64,000 bases of DNA, taken from Christensenellaceae bacterium. Lineage in GTDB: Bacteria; Bacillota; Clostridia; Christensenellales; CAG-138. The translations under genes and the position numbers were made by a program. Every line of letters starts with the position of its first letter. The stretch's first letter is position 1. Shown one piece after another: positions 62,520-64,000 of this stretch. The notes beneath the pieces were generated by a model. That model made no database searches. It saw only the letters and a list, made by a program, of their open reading frames with translations, and was not told the DNA's origin. The DNA is taken from NCBI GenBank assembly GCA_963665515.1, contig OY762278.1, positions 2,862,414 to 2,926,413 on the forward strand, read 5' to 3'.

Positions 62520-63773
62520 TCAGTATTCGCTCTTTACGTCTACAACCGTATGTTCATGTCGGGATTGTTCCGCCGCAATGCAAATTAAGTGGCTTTGAAT
62601 TGATTTTTCGATCGAGCTGCGCACAGCGTTCGTGTCGCCAAGTTCCATGCGTACAAATGCGTCGATCAAACCCATGTCTCCGCCGCCGTGTCCGTCGCCC
62701 ATGCCGCCGGGAAGTGGATTTTCCGTCGTCCGTACGGAACCGTCGCGAAAGTTTGTCACTTCAATGGTTTCGTCGGACATCTTGGCACGGATTTCGCCGT
62801 GGGAACCCATGATATGAATTGTACGCCCGTGGCGGAAGTCGGTAAAGGCCGACACCGTCATGGTAGCCGTCACGCCGCCGTCGAATTCCAAAATGGTCGA
62901 CTGATGGTCGACAACGTCGTTGTCACAATGATAAACGCAGCGTCCGTACGGACCTTCGCGCAGTGCCTTGATGCGGCCTTCCTGACTTAGATCGTCCGTG
63001 ATGACCGACACCGGCCAACTCGTGAGGAATGGGATTAAGTACAGCCTTGCTGCATTATACGGGCACGTTGCGGCAACGGAACAATCCAGACAACGTTCCG
63101 CGCTGCCCTCCGGTGCGTTCTCCGGCGAAAAATGCTTTAAGCTGCCGAATGACGCAACGCGTTTGCAGTCTTTTCCGACGAGATACAGCAGGATGTCCGT
63201 ATCATGACAGCTTTTCGCCAGAATCATCGGGCTTGTCTCGTCCTCGCGCCGCCAGTTGCCACGCACGAAGCTATGCGCCATATGCCAATAACCGATGTTT
63301 TCGCTGTGCGAGATATTGACCACGTCGCCAATTTCGCCACTATCAATGATTGATTTCAGTGTGTTGAAAAACCGCGTGTAACGGAGCACATGGCAAACGA
63401 CCGCGCGCTTTTTCGTACGCTTGGACGTTTCATACAAGCGCATGCATTCTTCTTCCGTTTTTGCAATGGGTTTTTCAAGCAGCGTATCGTATCCATTTTC
63501 CATTGCAACGCACGCGGGCTCGACGTGATGATTGTCCTGCGTGGCGACCAGCACAGCGTCCGCTTGGATTCCGGCGTTTAACGCGTCGCGCCAGTCGGAA
63601 AAGACAGCGTCCTGCGGAACACTGTAACGCGCGGCAAACGCGTTTCTGCGACGTTCAATGGGGTCTGCAACCGCAACAAACTGCAGCTTGTCGGGCGCTA
63701 CCAGCGCATACGGCGCATAGGCGTCCATTCCGCGCGCGCCCGCGCCAAGACAAATCATCCGTACGGGTTTCAT
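62520..63773 (-). CDS. Gfo/Idh/MocA-family NAD(P)-dependent oxidoreductase
   Basis: 417 aa. N-terminal Rossmann MICLGAGARG and the EKP motif (LLEKPIA). Confidence 0.8.
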   Translation of the reverse strand: MKPVRMICLGAGARGMDAYAPYALVAPDKLQFVAVADPIERRRNAFAARYSVPQDAVFSDWRDALNAGIQADAVLVATQDNHHVEPACVAMENGYDTLLEKPIAKTEEECMRLYETSKRTKKRAVVCHVLRYTRFFNTLKSIIDSGEIGDVVNISHSENIGYWHMAHSFVRGNWRREDETSPMILAKSCHDTDILLYLVGKDCKRVASFGSLKHFSPENAPEGSAERCLDCSVAATCPYNAARLYLIPFLTSWPVSVITDDLSQEGRIKALREGPYGRCVYHCDNDVVDHQSTILEFDGGVTATMTVSAFTDFRHGRTIHIMGSHGEIRAKMSDETIEVTNFRDGSVRTTENPLPGGMGDGHGGGDMGLIDAFVRMELGDTNAVRSSIEKSIQSHLICIAAEQSRHEHTVVDVKSEY

Positions 63774-64000
63774 AAAGCTTTAGATTCCTTTCCGAAAAGA
63801 CTGTGTGTTTTGAATTGTATGCAAATTGTCTGCTTCGTTCAGTGTATCACGTTTCGTGGGGATTGCAAGGTGACGATATTAAATATAGAATATTTCGATT
63901 TTAGCATAAGTATTGCAACAGACAGCCATCATGGATCAAAAAAATGGTCGAAATAAAGTGAAACCTTTTGTGCGATATTGTCGCTATCTTGAATTTTTTC

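Noticed and set aside
61503-62588. 361-aa + strand ORF
   Set aside because: It is antisense to nagA and its translation is Arg-rich nonsense.
63931-64000. + strand ATG (MDQKNGRNKVKPFVRYCRYLEFF...) running off the window end
   Set aside because: Only about 23 codons are visible, with no recognisable motif or strong RBS. It cannot be called.

Overview
This 64-kb window is gene-dense chromosomal DNA from a Gram-positive anaerobe. It looks Clostridia-like: GGAGG-type RBSs, butyrate kinase/phosphotransbutyrylase, indolepyruvate:ferredoxin oxidoreductase, a Tad locus without a secretin, and a BceRS-AB-type module. The taxon cannot be fixed from sequence alone. I call about 75 protein genes (mostly minus strand), one tRNA-Ala(CGC), two c-di-GMP-I (GEMM-I) riboswitch candidates, one Moco/Tuco riboswitch candidate, and several intrinsic terminators and promoters. 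I saw no rRNA, CRISPR array, transposase or integrase. Main blocks, in order:
- lepA, an NlpC/P60 hydrolase and cysK.
- A GGGtGRT/NifU-like pair.
- rmuC.
- A DUF5320-DUF134-NifX-MinD/ferredoxin operon of unknown function.
- A GNAT/Nudix/ANT(6) cluster.
- An LRR-ectodomain Ser/Thr kinase with two paralogous HTH proteins and an LRR lipoprotein.
- A 13-gene Tad/Flp pilus operon with four tandem flp genes.
- GH3 plus NahK.
- A Bce-like detoxification module.
- A buk-ptb-iorAB-aminotransferase cluster.
- lrp-ald.
- tupABC.
- nagA.

The most unusual region is 31.6-34.5 kb. One c-di-GMP riboswitch leads an operon in which an HD-GYP phosphodiesterase sits between the two halves of a HEPN/MNT pair. A second c-di-GMP riboswitch with its own terminator follows directly and leads into the Tad pilus operon.

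All calls come from reading the sequence and the translated ORFs. No database search or RNA folding was run.
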